DNA of 64,000 nucleotides from Gammaproteobacteria bacterium (GTDB lineage Bacteria; Pseudomonadota; Gammaproteobacteria; JAADGQ01): NCBI GenBank assembly GCA_021648145.1, contig JAKITI010000002.1, positions 135,888 to 199,887 of the forward strand, read 5' to 3'. Shown piece by piece: positions 9,894 to 18,905 of this stretch (position 1 is its first letter; each line of letters starts with the position of its first letter). The notes under the pieces were generated by a model. It saw only the letters and a program-made list of their open reading frames with translations, ran no database searches and was not told where the DNA came from. The position numbers and the translations under genes were made by a program.

Positions 9894-9898
9894 GGTGT

Positions 9899-10087
9899 AT
9901 GGGTGATGTGGCAACTTGGGAAAAAGTCGTTGTTGCAATTCTTGCTGTTGGGCTTGTGATCTGGCTCTATCCGAGCTTGAAGCAGTCTCTGGCTCAGAGT
10001 AAAGAGGCGACAAAAGACTGGAAAGGTGTTTTGATACCGTTAGGTGTTGTGGTTATTTTTGTTGTATTTTTATTGGCAACGATTTAA
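9899..10087 (+). CDS. small two-TM membrane protein (hypothetical)
   Basis: 62-aa ORF 6 nt after the protease stop, with a weak SD (AAGGTG) and two hydrophobic helices. Overlaps the convergent mobAB 3' end by 35 nt; may be spurious. Confidence 0.3.
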   Translation: MGDVATWEKVVVAILAVGLVIWLYPSLKQSLAQSKEATKDWKGVLIPLGVVVIFVVFLLATI

Positions 10088-11120
10088 AAGTATCAAGTTC
10101 TTGTTCGGTATTAATATTTCTCCATGCATTTGACAGAGTTTTTGGTGTAATAGGCGAGATGATCTTTTCATGCTTGCTTAAACGATTCGGTGCAGGCTTT
10201 TCACTCATAGATAATTTCTCAAGAAGTTGAGCTGCTCTGAAGTCATAATAGGCCAACAGTGGCTCTGGGTATGATTCCACTGAAAGTTTGGGTAAAACGC
10301 CCCAAACTCCAGGCGCACGAGAGCTGAGTAACCAGCGCAGTGCCGCTCTAGTCGTGCAGGGCATATCACAGGCAGAGATCAACCAGGAAGCATGAGGTGC
10401 CCAGCGCATGGCAGAGAGAATGCCTGCTAATGGACCAACAATATTGGGCGCATCGGGCAGTTGATGGTGTTTTTTCAACTCTTTTGGCATCTCTCCTGCA
10501 CCTGCAATGATGACCTGTTCTGTATGTTCGCTCAGTGTGTTGACCGAATGTGTCAGCCAGTTTTTTCCATCTGATTCAATCAGGTGTTTGGGGCGACCCA
10601 TGCGGCTGCTTTGGCCACCGATAAGAACGCAGCCATAAACAGGTGCTTTCGCCCACTGCTTTGTTAACCAGTGACGTATTAAATCGAAAAAGTGTTTTGG
10701 TCTCTGTGAATTACGAGCCAGTGTTCCAATAATATTTTTCTTGTCAACGGGTACTTCCTGCTCATCTTCATTTAATAACCAGACTTTGGGGATAGGCGAA
10801 TCTTTATGCCCTTCGACAAGCACCAGATCATATTGGCGGCTAAGCTTTATTAATTCAGGAATAAGTTCAAACGATGTTGGCGCATGGATTCGAAAAAAAT
10901 GCTCTCCTGGGCCTTGCAGTAGAATGTCAGCACCACAATGAAATAGAACGTCACTATCTTTTCCGGGGTGATCGACTTGAATTCCGTGAACATCGTGTTT
11001 GACAACAGCAATGCGTAATCCTTGTTGAACCAGCTCTGGAATAACCGCTTGTAACAGCGTTGTTTTACCTGAACCACTAAAACCGCATACGCCTAAAACA
11101 GGAAGGTGTTCAATGGTCAT
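10053..11120 (-). CDS. mobAB: bifunctional molybdopterin-guanine dinucleotide biosynthesis protein MobB-MobA (fusion)
   Basis: N-terminal MobB P-loop (GVCGFSGSGKTTLLQAVIPEL...VVKHDVHG). C-terminal MobA guanylyltransferase (YGCVLIGGQSSRMGRPKHLI...ISACDMP). Confidence 0.8.
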   Translation of the reverse strand: MTIEHLPVLGVCGFSGSGKTTLLQAVIPELVQQGLRIAVVKHDVHGIQVDHPGKDSDVLFHCGADILLQGPGEHFFRIHAPTSFELIPELIKLSRQYDLVLVEGHKDSPIPKVWLLNEDEQEVPVDKKNIIGTLARNSQRPKHFFDLIRHWLTKQWAKAPVYGCVLIGGQSSRMGRPKHLIESDGKNWLTHSVNTLSEHTEQVIIAGAGEMPKELKKHHQLPDAPNIVGPLAGILSAMRWAPHASWLISACDMPCTTRAALRWLLSSRAPGVWGVLPKLSVESYPEPLLAYYDFRAAQLLEKLSMSEKPAPNRLSKHEKIISPITPKTLSNAWRNINTEQELDTFKSLPIKIQQK

Positions 11121-11215
11121 AGCGTACCTTATAAAATTTGTAAGAGCTGACTGGTCAATACATAATTTCTAGAGTATAACACTGAAATAATCAGGAAAAT
11201 AATGCATGTCAGACC

Positions 11216-12247
11216 ATGGAAAAAAGTAAATTGTTAACAGATATTCTGCGGAGTGTTTCCCGTAGCTTCTATCTAACTTTGCGAATACTGCCTGCGAATG
11301 TGAGAGAGCCCATTTCTGTGGCGTATCTGTTGGCAAGAGCTGCGGATACAATTGCGGATACTGATGCAGTTGCAGTTGAAAAACGTCTGTACTACTTGAA
11401 ACTATTTCAAAAACAAGTGATGGATATGCCAAATGAGCTGGCATTACAGGAAATTGTAAATAATTTAAGCGATCAGCAGGCCAATAAAGATGAACAGTAT
11501 TTACTAAAATCAATCTATCAAGTTTGTATGTTGATTTATGGCTTGTGGCCAGAGGATCAAGCGCGTGTGAAAACAGTGTTTGCAACATTGATTCAGGGAA
11601 TGGAAATTGATTTGACATACTTTTCTGCTTCGGGCGAAGGGTCAGTTAAAGCGTTTAAAACTAAATTTGAACTTGATAATTATATTTATCATGTCGCTGG
11701 CTGTGTGGGAGGGTTTTGGACTGAGGTGGTGATGGCGCATGAACCTGCATTGTATGATTGGAATAAAAAGCACAATATAAATTTAGGAATAAACTTTGGT
11801 AAAGCGCTGCAATTAACGAATATTCTACGTGATCTGCCCAATGATTTACGTATCGGTCGTTGTTACTTGCCCAATTCTGAATTAATGCTGTTAGGGCTGA
11901 AACCTGAAGAGCTTTTTGAAAGTGAAAATAGTAAGCAGGCTCGTCCTTTGTTGATTGCCTGGTTGCAAGTGGCAATCAATTATTATGGTGATGCAGAGCA
12001 GTACTTTGTTACCACTCCACGTCACTGTTTGCGTTTGCGTTTGTCGGTGCTATGGCCGATTTTGATCGGTTTGGCGACACTGGGTGAAGTTTCAAGAAAT
12101 GAACAATGGCTAGATTCTGAGTCAACCGTAAAAGTGAGCAGGCACTGGGTGTACGGTATGTTACTGTGCTCGATGCCACTCTCATTCTCAAATCACTTGA
12201 TGAGGCTCTGGATGAAATGGCTTAGGGCAAAAATAGTGGTGGTATGA
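11216..12247 (+). CDS. squalene/phytoene synthase family protein (head-to-head isoprenoid synthase, HpnC/HpnD/CrtB-like)
   Basis: SRSFYLTLRILP...YLLARAADTIADTD (first Asp-rich motif) and TNILRDLPNDLRIGRCYLP (degenerate second motif). Confidence 0.7.
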   Translation: MEKSKLLTDILRSVSRSFYLTLRILPANVREPISVAYLLARAADTIADTDAVAVEKRLYYLKLFQKQVMDMPNELALQEIVNNLSDQQANKDEQYLLKSIYQVCMLIYGLWPEDQARVKTVFATLIQGMEIDLTYFSASGEGSVKAFKTKFELDNYIYHVAGCVGGFWTEVVMAHEPALYDWNKKHNINLGINFGKALQLTNILRDLPNDLRIGRCYLPNSELMLLGLKPEELFESENSKQARPLLIAWLQVAINYYGDAEQYFVTTPRHCLRLRLSVLWPILIGLATLGEVSRNEQWLDSESTVKVSRHWVYGMLLCSMPLSFSNHLMRLWMKWLRAKIVVV

Positions 12248-12265
12248 GCTATTTCGTGATCGCTT

Positions 12266-13483
12266 CTAACCGATGACAACCAGCCACTGTTTTTTAATAT
12301 GATCCCAGCTGTAGTTTTTGATGGCCGCTTCATTTCTCTTAGGTGACGGGGTGCCACTCAGGTATTTTTGAAGGATGTTTTGAAGCTGTTTTCCCCAGTG
12401 TTTTTCGGCCGGAATGAGGTGGCCACTCCCTGTTTCTTGAATAATATCAGCAATTGCTGATTGGCTGGGGGCAATAGCCAAAATGGGTTTCCCTGTAAGC
12501 AAATAGTGCGGTAGTTTTGAGTGGACAATGGTTGAGCTGACAGGTAAATCTTCGAGTACCAACAGCATAAAATCACATTGTGCAATGATATTTAAGCTGG
12601 TGATGTGATCGAAGCTGCCATGGAACTGTAAACCATATTTCTGCTGGTGATCTCCAAGGTTATTTTTAACGTCTTTTGGTAGTTTTCCACAAATATGAAG
12701 CTCAATGTCGAGCCCTGAAGTCTTAGCATACTTAATTGCTTCGAGAACTTTTCCCCCAGGCACTTTGGGGGCTTTAAATAAATGACCAAGAAAGCCGATA
12801 GTGATTGTTTTTGGATTGTTTCTGACTATTTTGATTTTTTCAGTACCATCTCCAAGCAAATCTTCGTTGTAAAAAGGGTGCGTAATGGCAATGACTTTAT
12901 TCGAGGGCACATTAAACTGAGTTTCAAGTACCTTTTTTGCGTATTGATTGGTTGTAATATTGATATCTGCTCGAGTAAAGGTAGCTAACTCAGTTTTGAG
13001 GAGCTTTTGTTGTTGCCGTTTAGGTGTTCTAAGCGCATAGTTTTTATCCAGACTCCAGAGATCCTGCCAGTCCATAATCCAGCGAATTTCCGGAAGTTTT
13101 TTCTTTAGATGTAAGCCTAACAGGCATAAAGCATGGCTTGGAACACATGTAATCAAACAAACCTCAAGACCTTGTTTTAAATCTTTTTTAATTTGATGGA
13201 GTAACTCTTTTTTTGCCGCTGCGACATATAAAATAGAAGCGGATGGGAAAAAGAGTTGTTTATCAATGAGGTTTTTAAGTTTATTGAGCCTGAGCAGGCG
13301 TAGAATACCCGTCGGGTTGGTGTAGGGTGAAATATTAAGACAATCTTCGCCATCGTGCCCTTTTGTTGGGCAGACAAGAACCATTTTTGAAAAGTGCTCT
13401 TTGAGGCTGAAAATCCTGTTAACGCGCTCATTAACTCCATGTCTTTGTTGTGAGGCAATAATGTAAACCGCTTTGTTACTCAC
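12266..13483 (-). CDS. glycosyltransferase family 1 (GT4-type)
   Basis: 405-aa GT-B-like layout and context. No specific substrate is inferable from sequence. Confidence 0.65.
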   Translation of the reverse strand: MSNKAVYIIASQQRHGVNERVNRIFSLKEHFSKMVLVCPTKGHDGEDCLNISPYTNPTGILRLLRLNKLKNLIDKQLFFPSASILYVAAAKKELLHQIKKDLKQGLEVCLITCVPSHALCLLGLHLKKKLPEIRWIMDWQDLWSLDKNYALRTPKRQQQKLLKTELATFTRADINITTNQYAKKVLETQFNVPSNKVIAITHPFYNEDLLGDGTEKIKIVRNNPKTITIGFLGHLFKAPKVPGGKVLEAIKYAKTSGLDIELHICGKLPKDVKNNLGDHQQKYGLQFHGSFDHITSLNIIAQCDFMLLVLEDLPVSSTIVHSKLPHYLLTGKPILAIAPSQSAIADIIQETGSGHLIPAEKHWGKQLQNILQKYLSGTPSPKRNEAAIKNYSWDHIKKQWLVVIG

Positions 13484-13519
13484 TTTTTAATGTCTCTTTA
13501 TTTAGTATGTTGTTGAGCT

Positions 13520-14518
13520 TTAACTAATAAAATAGTCTAGTGATTGACGTTGTTGCCACATCGAATTAGCTTGTTGTATTGCTAAATCTGGGGTGCTGGC
13601 TTTATCCAGTAATCGAAGTGCAATTGCAGTGGTTCCTATGATCGCAGCAATGCCGTATTCATGATTAATATCACCTTGCCAAACTTGTGCCAACTGGCCT
13701 GAGTCCATTGTGGAGTCTTTCAGGTGACGCCTGTCGAAAAGAGCAGGCCAGTTTTCAGTTGACATAATGCCATGGTGAGAATAAAACACTTCACAGCAGT
13801 TGTCTGGGTTACGTTCGGCTTCACCGCCTTCGCCTTTAATAACGGCGATATGAGCTTGATTATTTAATGTACAGGCTTTTTGGTGAATTTCTCGGTATCC
13901 AGGGTGAAATGTACCCAGTATTGAGTGAGGGGCACTCATGGGGTTGAGTGAACGCACCAATGTATTAACTGGTGAGCGCAAGCCAAACAGCTCTCGATAA
14001 TTAATGATCTCTTTTAACACAGGGTGAAACGCTTCCAGACGAATAAAAGCAAAACCTCTTTTTTTGATATTGATAGAGGCTTCATTCAATGAGACACTGG
14101 CATCAATGCTGAGTGATTTCAATGCGTCTTCAGGGTATATACGGTGATCTTTGATACCTGCTGTGCCATGCATTAATACTTGAATGCCATTTTGGGCGAG
14201 TAATAGTGCGGATAATAGATACCAGGGAAGTTGGCGGCGCTTTCCAGCATAGCTGGGCCAATCGAGTTGAACTGGTGAACCTTCAGGTGCTGAAATTGTT
14301 TGTCGAGCAGCTTGAATGAAACCTGCCAGTTCTTCAGGGCTCTCTTCTTTTACGCGCAATAGCATTAAAAACGCGCCTAATTGTAATGGCTCTATTTTTT
14401 TTTCAAGAATAAGAGACATTGCCTCATAAGCTTCTTGCTGTGTCAGCGAGCGTGAACCCTTTTTTCCTTTGCCAAGTATCTGGATGAATTTTGCGAATTG
14501 GAGCTTAGGATCAATCAT
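13520..14518 (-). CDS. YbiB/TrpD2-like glycosyl transferase family 3 protein (anthranilate phosphoribosyltransferase paralogue, nucleic-acid binding)
   Basis: Collinear with E. coli YbiB: N-terminal helical domain ...GKGKKGSRSLTQQEAYEAM...GAFLMLLRVKEESPEEL and HGTAG / GEGGEAE core motifs. Confidence 0.7.
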   Translation of the reverse strand: MIDPKLQFAKFIQILGKGKKGSRSLTQQEAYEAMSLILEKKIEPLQLGAFLMLLRVKEESPEELAGFIQAARQTISAPEGSPVQLDWPSYAGKRRQLPWYLLSALLLAQNGIQVLMHGTAGIKDHRIYPEDALKSLSIDASVSLNEASINIKKRGFAFIRLEAFHPVLKEIINYRELFGLRSPVNTLVRSLNPMSAPHSILGTFHPGYREIHQKACTLNNQAHIAVIKGEGGEAERNPDNCCEVFYSHHGIMSTENWPALFDRRHLKDSTMDSGQLAQVWQGDINHEYGIAAIIGTTAIALRLLDKASTPDLAIQQANSMWQQRQSLDYFIS

Positions 14519-14571
14519 ATGTGCCGATTATTTCTGTGTGCTGGTCGTTTATTTGGTGGTATCTTTGAGGT

Positions 14572-14604
14572 AAAAAAAACCCCGTCATGACGGGGTTTTT
14601 TTAT
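14572..14604. terminator. bidirectional rho-independent terminator
   Basis: aaaaaaaaCCCCGTCatgaCGGGGttttttt: a GC stem flanked by an A-run and a T-run. Lies directly after the yccA stop on the minus strand. Confidence 0.65.
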
Positions 14605-14629
14605 CTAAATCAATTAATTTTTGAAAGAT

Positions 14630-15298
14630 TTAATCATCACCATTAAAAAAGCCAAGCAGTTGTAACAAGCTCAGGAAGAGATTGTAGATGCTGACATACA
14701 ATGTAACGGTTGCAACGATGTAGTTAGTTTCCGCACCATTAACCATTTCACTGGTTTGATACAAGATCAAGCCTGACATCAATAGCACAAACATGGCAGA
14801 AACTGCCAGAGAAAGCATTGGCATTTCAAAAAACATGGCGCCTAAACCTGCAAGAAACGCAACAATGATTCCGACCATTAAAAAACCACCCATGAAGCTG
14901 AAATCTTTACGGGTTGTAAGGGCGTATGCGGAAAGGCTGAGGAAAATCGCACCTGTTGCACCCAATGCAGTCATAACGGTTTGGGTACCATTAGGCATGT
15001 TTAAATACGAGCTTACGATTGGGCCAAGTGTGAGCCCCATAAAGCCTGTTAAAGCAAATACGCTGGCAAGCCCCCACACGCTGTTTTGTAATTTATGTGT
15101 TAAAAACAGTAGCCCAAAAAACCCCACCAAAGTAATAATAAGGCCTGGGTGGGGGAGGTTCATGACCATAGAGATGCCAGCGGTAAAAGCGCTGAACAAT
15201 AAAGTCATAGATAGCAGTGTGTAGGTGTTTCGGATCAGTTTGTTTGTTGCAAAAGTTGTGCTCTTGCTCTGTTCAATTGATGGTGTATATTGAGCCAT
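14630..15298 (-). CDS. yccA: Bax inhibitor-1/YccA family inner-membrane protein
   Basis: 7-TM BI-1/YccA pattern (MAQYTPSIEQSKS...LLSMTLLFSA...). ATG at 15298 chosen over the upstream ORF-track start. Confidence 0.8.
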   Translation of the reverse strand: MAQYTPSIEQSKSTTFATNKLIRNTYTLLSMTLLFSAFTAGISMVMNLPHPGLIITLVGFFGLLFLTHKLQNSVWGLASVFALTGFMGLTLGPIVSSYLNMPNGTQTVMTALGATGAIFLSLSAYALTTRKDFSFMGGFLMVGIIVAFLAGLGAMFFEMPMLSLAVSAMFVLLMSGLILYQTSEMVNGAETNYIVATVTLYVSIYNLFLSLLQLLGFFNGDD

Positions 15299-15497
15299 GT
15301 TATATCTCTCTATAAAATTGTGTTGTAACACAGTATATTTTAGCAAGGAATGAAAATCTATAAAATTTAGGTATATTTTCGGGTTGCATCACAATGTCCT
15401 TTAATTAATTGACAATATTTTCTAAAAAAGTTCTGGATTTTTGTGGTTAGTTTCGGTTAACATCCGCGCAACTTGGTCGCAATGGCTGAGTGATTCA

Positions 15498-15587
15498 GGA
15501 GAGGTGGCAGAGTGGCCGAATGCGGCGGTCTTGAAAACCGTTGAGGGTTTGTCCCCTCCCAGGGTTCGAATCCCTGCCTCTCCGCCA
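15498..15587 (+). tRNA. tRNA-Ser (anticodon TGA)
   Basis: 90 nt: GGAGAGG acceptor stem, anticodon loop CTTGAAA, long variable arm, GGTTCGAATCC T-loop, CCA end encoded. Confidence 0.9.
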
Positions 15588-15633
15588 TTTGGTTTACATC
15601 ACCTATCAATGTTCGTTCATTACTGACATATAA

Positions 15634-16572
15634 ATGAAAGCTTCTTTACCCTGTCTATTTTTAATGGGTCCAACAGCTGCTGGAAAAACTGACTTGGCTG
15701 CAATGCTGGTCGAAAAATTTCCTTTTGAAGTTGTTAGCGTTGATTCAGCTCAGGTGTACCGTGGGATGAACGTGGGTACATCTAAGCCAGATAAGGCATT
15801 TCTTGAGAAAGTTCCGCACCGTTTGATTGATCTATGTGACCCTAGCGAGCCTTATTCTGCCGCACAATTTCGCAGTGATGCTTTGCAGGCGATTGAAGAG
15901 ATCTATTCGAATGGCAAAGTGCCATTGTTAGTGGGGGGGACTATGCTCTATTTTCGTGCGTTGGAGCGGGGTCTTTCTCAATTGCCTGGCGCGGATAGTC
16001 GTGTTCGTGAAATGTTGGAGGCGCGGGCGGCTCAAATAGGCTGGGGGGCAATGCATGAGCGTTTGGCGGCTGTTGATTCGGTTGCATCACAACGAATTCA
16101 CCCTAATGATCCACAGCGAATTCAGCGCGCATTAGAGGTTTATGAAATTACAGGCGTTACGTTGACGGAGCATTATGCAAAGCAGTCGGGTCAGGCATTT
16201 CCTTGGCCTGTGTGTAAAATAGTTGTGACGCCAAGTGATCGTGCTGTATTGCGTCAGCGTATTAAACAACGATTTTATGAAATGCTTGAGCTAGGGTTGG
16301 TGGATGAAGTTCGAGCACTTTATGAAAGAGAGGATCTTAATGCTGGATTGCCTGCTTTGCGTTCAGTTGGGTATCGTCAAGTATGGCAATATCTGGAGGG
16401 TAATATGAGTTACGATGATATGGTTGAGGCGGGTATTACAGCAACGCGTCAGCTGGCTAAAAGACAGATAACCTGGTTACGTTCTGAAAAAAATACGACT
16501 TGGTTTGATAGTATGAGTGGTGATTTAGAAAAAAATGTGTTGCAATTTGTTGGCAATGCCGTTATTGGTTGA
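15634..16572 (+). CDS. miaA: tRNA dimethylallyltransferase
   Basis: LMGPTAAGKTDLA P-loop; SVDSAQVYRGMNVGTSKP; conserved position upstream of hfq. Confidence 0.95.
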   Translation: MKASLPCLFLMGPTAAGKTDLAAMLVEKFPFEVVSVDSAQVYRGMNVGTSKPDKAFLEKVPHRLIDLCDPSEPYSAAQFRSDALQAIEEIYSNGKVPLLVGGTMLYFRALERGLSQLPGADSRVREMLEARAAQIGWGAMHERLAAVDSVASQRIHPNDPQRIQRALEVYEITGVTLTEHYAKQSGQAFPWPVCKIVVTPSDRAVLRQRIKQRFYEMLELGLVDEVRALYEREDLNAGLPALRSVGYRQVWQYLEGNMSYDDMVEAGITATRQLAKRQITWLRSEKNTTWFDSMSGDLEKNVLQFVGNAVIG

Positions 16573-16634
16573 ATCAATGGTGTTGCTTGCGGTAGAGTGC
16601 GCTTTAGCAATATTTACAAACTAATGGAGAAAGT

Positions 16635-16916
16635 ATGTTATTTGAATGGGGGGAAGAGAAAAACAAAATAAATTTGCAGAAGCATTATATGCCCCTTAAA
16701 GCAGGGGTTCCTGTTTTTAATGACGCTAATGCTATTGAATTTGAAGATAATAGGTTTGATTATGAAGAAAACCGCTACATTCTTGTTGGTTATGATAATC
16801 GAACTAAACTTCTATATGTTGTTTATACAATGAGAAGTGTAAATATTACAAGGCTAATTTCAGTAAGAAAGGCAACTAAAAGCGAACGTATGCTTTATGA
16901 GTCGGGAGGCTATTAA
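16635..16916 (+). CDS. brnT: BrnT-family (DUF497) type II toxin ribonuclease
   Basis: MLFEWGEEKNKINLQKH...FDYEENRYILVGY...LLYVVYTMR...ITRLISVRKATKSERMLYE matches the BrnT/DUF497 pattern. AT-rich relative to flanks. Confidence 0.75.
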   Translation: MLFEWGEEKNKINLQKHYMPLKAGVPVFNDANAIEFEDNRFDYEENRYILVGYDNRTKLLYVVYTMRSVNITRLISVRKATKSERMLYESGGY

Positions 16917-16917
16917 G

Positions 16918-17112
16918 ATGGACAAAATTATGAAGCAAGAACACTCCAAAGAAAACCCAATAGATAATAATGATATTGATTTTTCTAAAGCAGATGCTTT
17001 GACGGAAGAAGAAATTGAGGAAAATGCAAAAAGTGATCCGGACTCCCTGCCATTTACGGAAGAACAGCTAAAGAAGGTCAGTATTAAGCGGAGAAATAAG
17101 AGCAGTGGATAA
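16918..17112 (+). CDS. BrnA-like antitoxin fragment 1 (N-terminal TDEEI...DPDxP module only; RHH domain absent)
   Basis: ATG 1 nt after the brnT stop. ...ADALTEEEIEENAKSDPDSLPFTEEQLKKVSIKRR then stop where the ribbon-helix-helix would begin. Confidence 0.45.
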   Translation: MDKIMKQEHSKENPIDNNDIDFSKADALTEEEIEENAKSDPDSLPFTEEQLKKVSIKRRNKSSG

Positions 17113-17287
17113 AAAAACAATTAAAGATTATAGCGTGGGGTCATTAATAGTCACTGATTATAATGTAAGTAAAATTCGTCTCATGAGTGACTACGAATCG
17201 GAAAAAAGAGCAAATTCAGACCCCGACTCCCCTGTAATAAACCTTAAGTTTGCAAAGAAAATAAGTGATAAACGTAAAGTGGAGTAA
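17105..17287 (+). CDS. BrnA-like antitoxin fragment 2 (tandem paralogue of fragment 1)
   Basis: GTG start overlapping fragment 1 by 8 nt. Aligns with fragment 1 (MDK...D[FY]xxSK...E[EK]xAxSDPDSP...KK[VI]SxKR[RK]) and also lacks the RHH domain. Confidence 0.4.
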   Translation: MDKKTIKDYSVGSLIVTDYNVSKIRLMSDYESEKRANSDPDSPVINLKFAKKISDKRKVE

Positions 17288-17499
17288 TGCTAAAAAGGCA
17301 TTATACTGGACTCAGCATGCTTTTTGCAAAAACACGCAAAAAGGCACACCAACATACTCAGCTAGTGAATGCGGTGTTATAAATTAGTCTCAGTATTTCT
17401 AGGTTAATTTTAGCGAGGGAACGAAAGCACTAGGATCAGGTAAGCAGGATAAGGTTGTTGGGGCTGGCCTGGTCATAATAACAAAAAGGAGAAGTAAAA

Positions 17500-17730
17500 A
17501 TGGCTAAGGGACAAAAGTTGCAAGACACTTTTTTGAATACGTTACGGAAAGAACGAGTATCGGTTTCGATTTTTTTAGTGAATGGTATTAAGTTACAAGG
17601 TCAGATAGAATCTTTTGATCAATTTGTCATCTTGCTGAAAAACACAGTCAGTCAGATGGTGTACAAACATGCAATTTCAACTGTAGTGCCAGCACGAAAT
17701 ATAAAAATGCCTACAGATGAGGAAGTTTAG
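17500..17730 (+). CDS. hfq: RNA chaperone Hfq
   Basis: [57 protein letters not shown] (Sm1/Sm2 motifs). Confidence 0.95.
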   Translation: MAKGQKLQDTFLNTLRKERVSVSIFLVNGIKLQGQIESFDQFVILLKNTVSQMVYKHAISTVVPARNIKMPTDEEV

Positions 17731-17798
17731 ATTGCTGGTTGAGTTGTTGCTTTAATTTATTAACTCCATTGTAACTCTACAATGCTGGAGGTTTTTCG

Positions 17799-18905
17799 TT
17801 GTTTGAGTTTGATCGGTCTCAAGGGGGAGAGCGTGCTGTACTGGTTCAGTTGGGTGGTTCAGTCGATGATGAAAATTTAGCTGAATTTACAGCGCTGACT
17901 GAATCAACTGGAGCTCGAGTTGTTGATGTGGTGCATGGTGCTAAGCGGCGGATTGATCCGAAGTACTTTGTCGGTACGGGTAAAGCTGAGGAAATTCGCT
18001 GCACCGTGCAAGCTGCCTCCGCCGATGTCGTATTGTTTAATCATGAATTATCACCTGCACAAGAACGAAATCTTGAAGAGCTGATTTCCTGTCGTGTTTT
18101 GGATCGCACTACACTTATTCTTGATATTTTTGCCCAGCGAGCGCAGTCATTCGAAGGTAAGCTTCAGGTTGAGTTGGCGCAATTAAAGCATCTGTCGACA
18201 CGGCTGGTGCGTGGTTGGACGCATCTGGAGCGCCAAAAAGGGGGGATCGGCCTGCGTGGGCCAGGTGAAACCCAGCTTGAAAGTGATCGTCGTCTAATTG
18301 GCGATCGTATCAAGCAGCTCAATAAGCGTTTAGCTAAAGTTCAAAAACAACGAAATCAGCAACGCCGATCAAGGCAGCGAGCAAATACCAAAACAGTTTC
18401 GTTGGTGGGGTATACCAATGCGGGTAAGTCAACGCTATTTAATCGTTTGACGGGTGCGGATGCTTATGTGGCGGATCAGCTATTTGCAACGCTTGACCCA
18501 ACACTGCGGCGACTCAACGTAGCGGGGCAGCTCAATATCGTGATGGCAGACACAGTAGGGTTTATCAGTCGTTTACCTCATGGGCTGGTCGCCGCTTTTC
18601 GTGCAACACTGGATGAGACTCGGGATGCTGATTTGTTGCTGCATGTGGTTGATGCGCACCAACCTGAGCGTGATGAGCATATCGCTCAAGTTAACAAAGT
18701 TTTGGCTGAAATTGGGGCGGATAATGTTCCTCAAATTGAAATCTATAATAAGACTGATTTGTTGCCCGATGAAATTATTCGAATTGATAAAAATAAAGAT
18801 GGGGCTGTGAACCGTGTATGGTTGTCTGCCGCCTCTGGAAAGGGGGTTGCTCCATTACAGCAAACATTAGTAGACTATTTTTTGTGTCTGCCAGAATATG
18901 AATAA
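17799..18905 (+). CDS. hflX: GTPase HflX
   Basis: G-domain motifs GYTNAGKSTLFN and DTVGF; conserved hfq-hflX-hflKC context. Non-ATG start as listed by the ORF track. Confidence 0.9.
   Translation: MFEFDRSQGGERAVLVQLGGSVDDENLAEFTALTESTGARVVDVVHGAKRRIDPKYFVGTGKAEEIRCTVQAASADVVLFNHELSPAQERNLEELISCRVLDRTTLILDIFAQRAQSFEGKLQVELAQLKHLSTRLVRGWTHLERQKGGIGLRGPGETQLESDRRLIGDRIKQLNKRLAKVQKQRNQQRRSRQRANTKTVSLVGYTNAGKSTLFNRLTGADAYVADQLFATLDPTLRRLNVAGQLNIVMADTVGFISRLPHGLVAAFRATLDETRDADLLLHVVDAHQPERDEHIAQVNKVLAEIGADNVPQIEIYNKTDLLPDEIIRIDKNKDGAVNRVWLSAASGKGVAPLQQTLVDYFLCLPEYE

Noticed and set aside
15441-15626. 61-aa ORF from the six-frame track
   Set aside because: It overlaps the tRNA-Ser(TGA) gene; it is an artefact of the tRNA sequence.
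17288-17499. 31-codon ORF (MLKRHYTGLSMLFAKTRKK…) in the brnA-hfq spacer
   Set aside because: No RBS. The region more plausibly holds hfq promoters.
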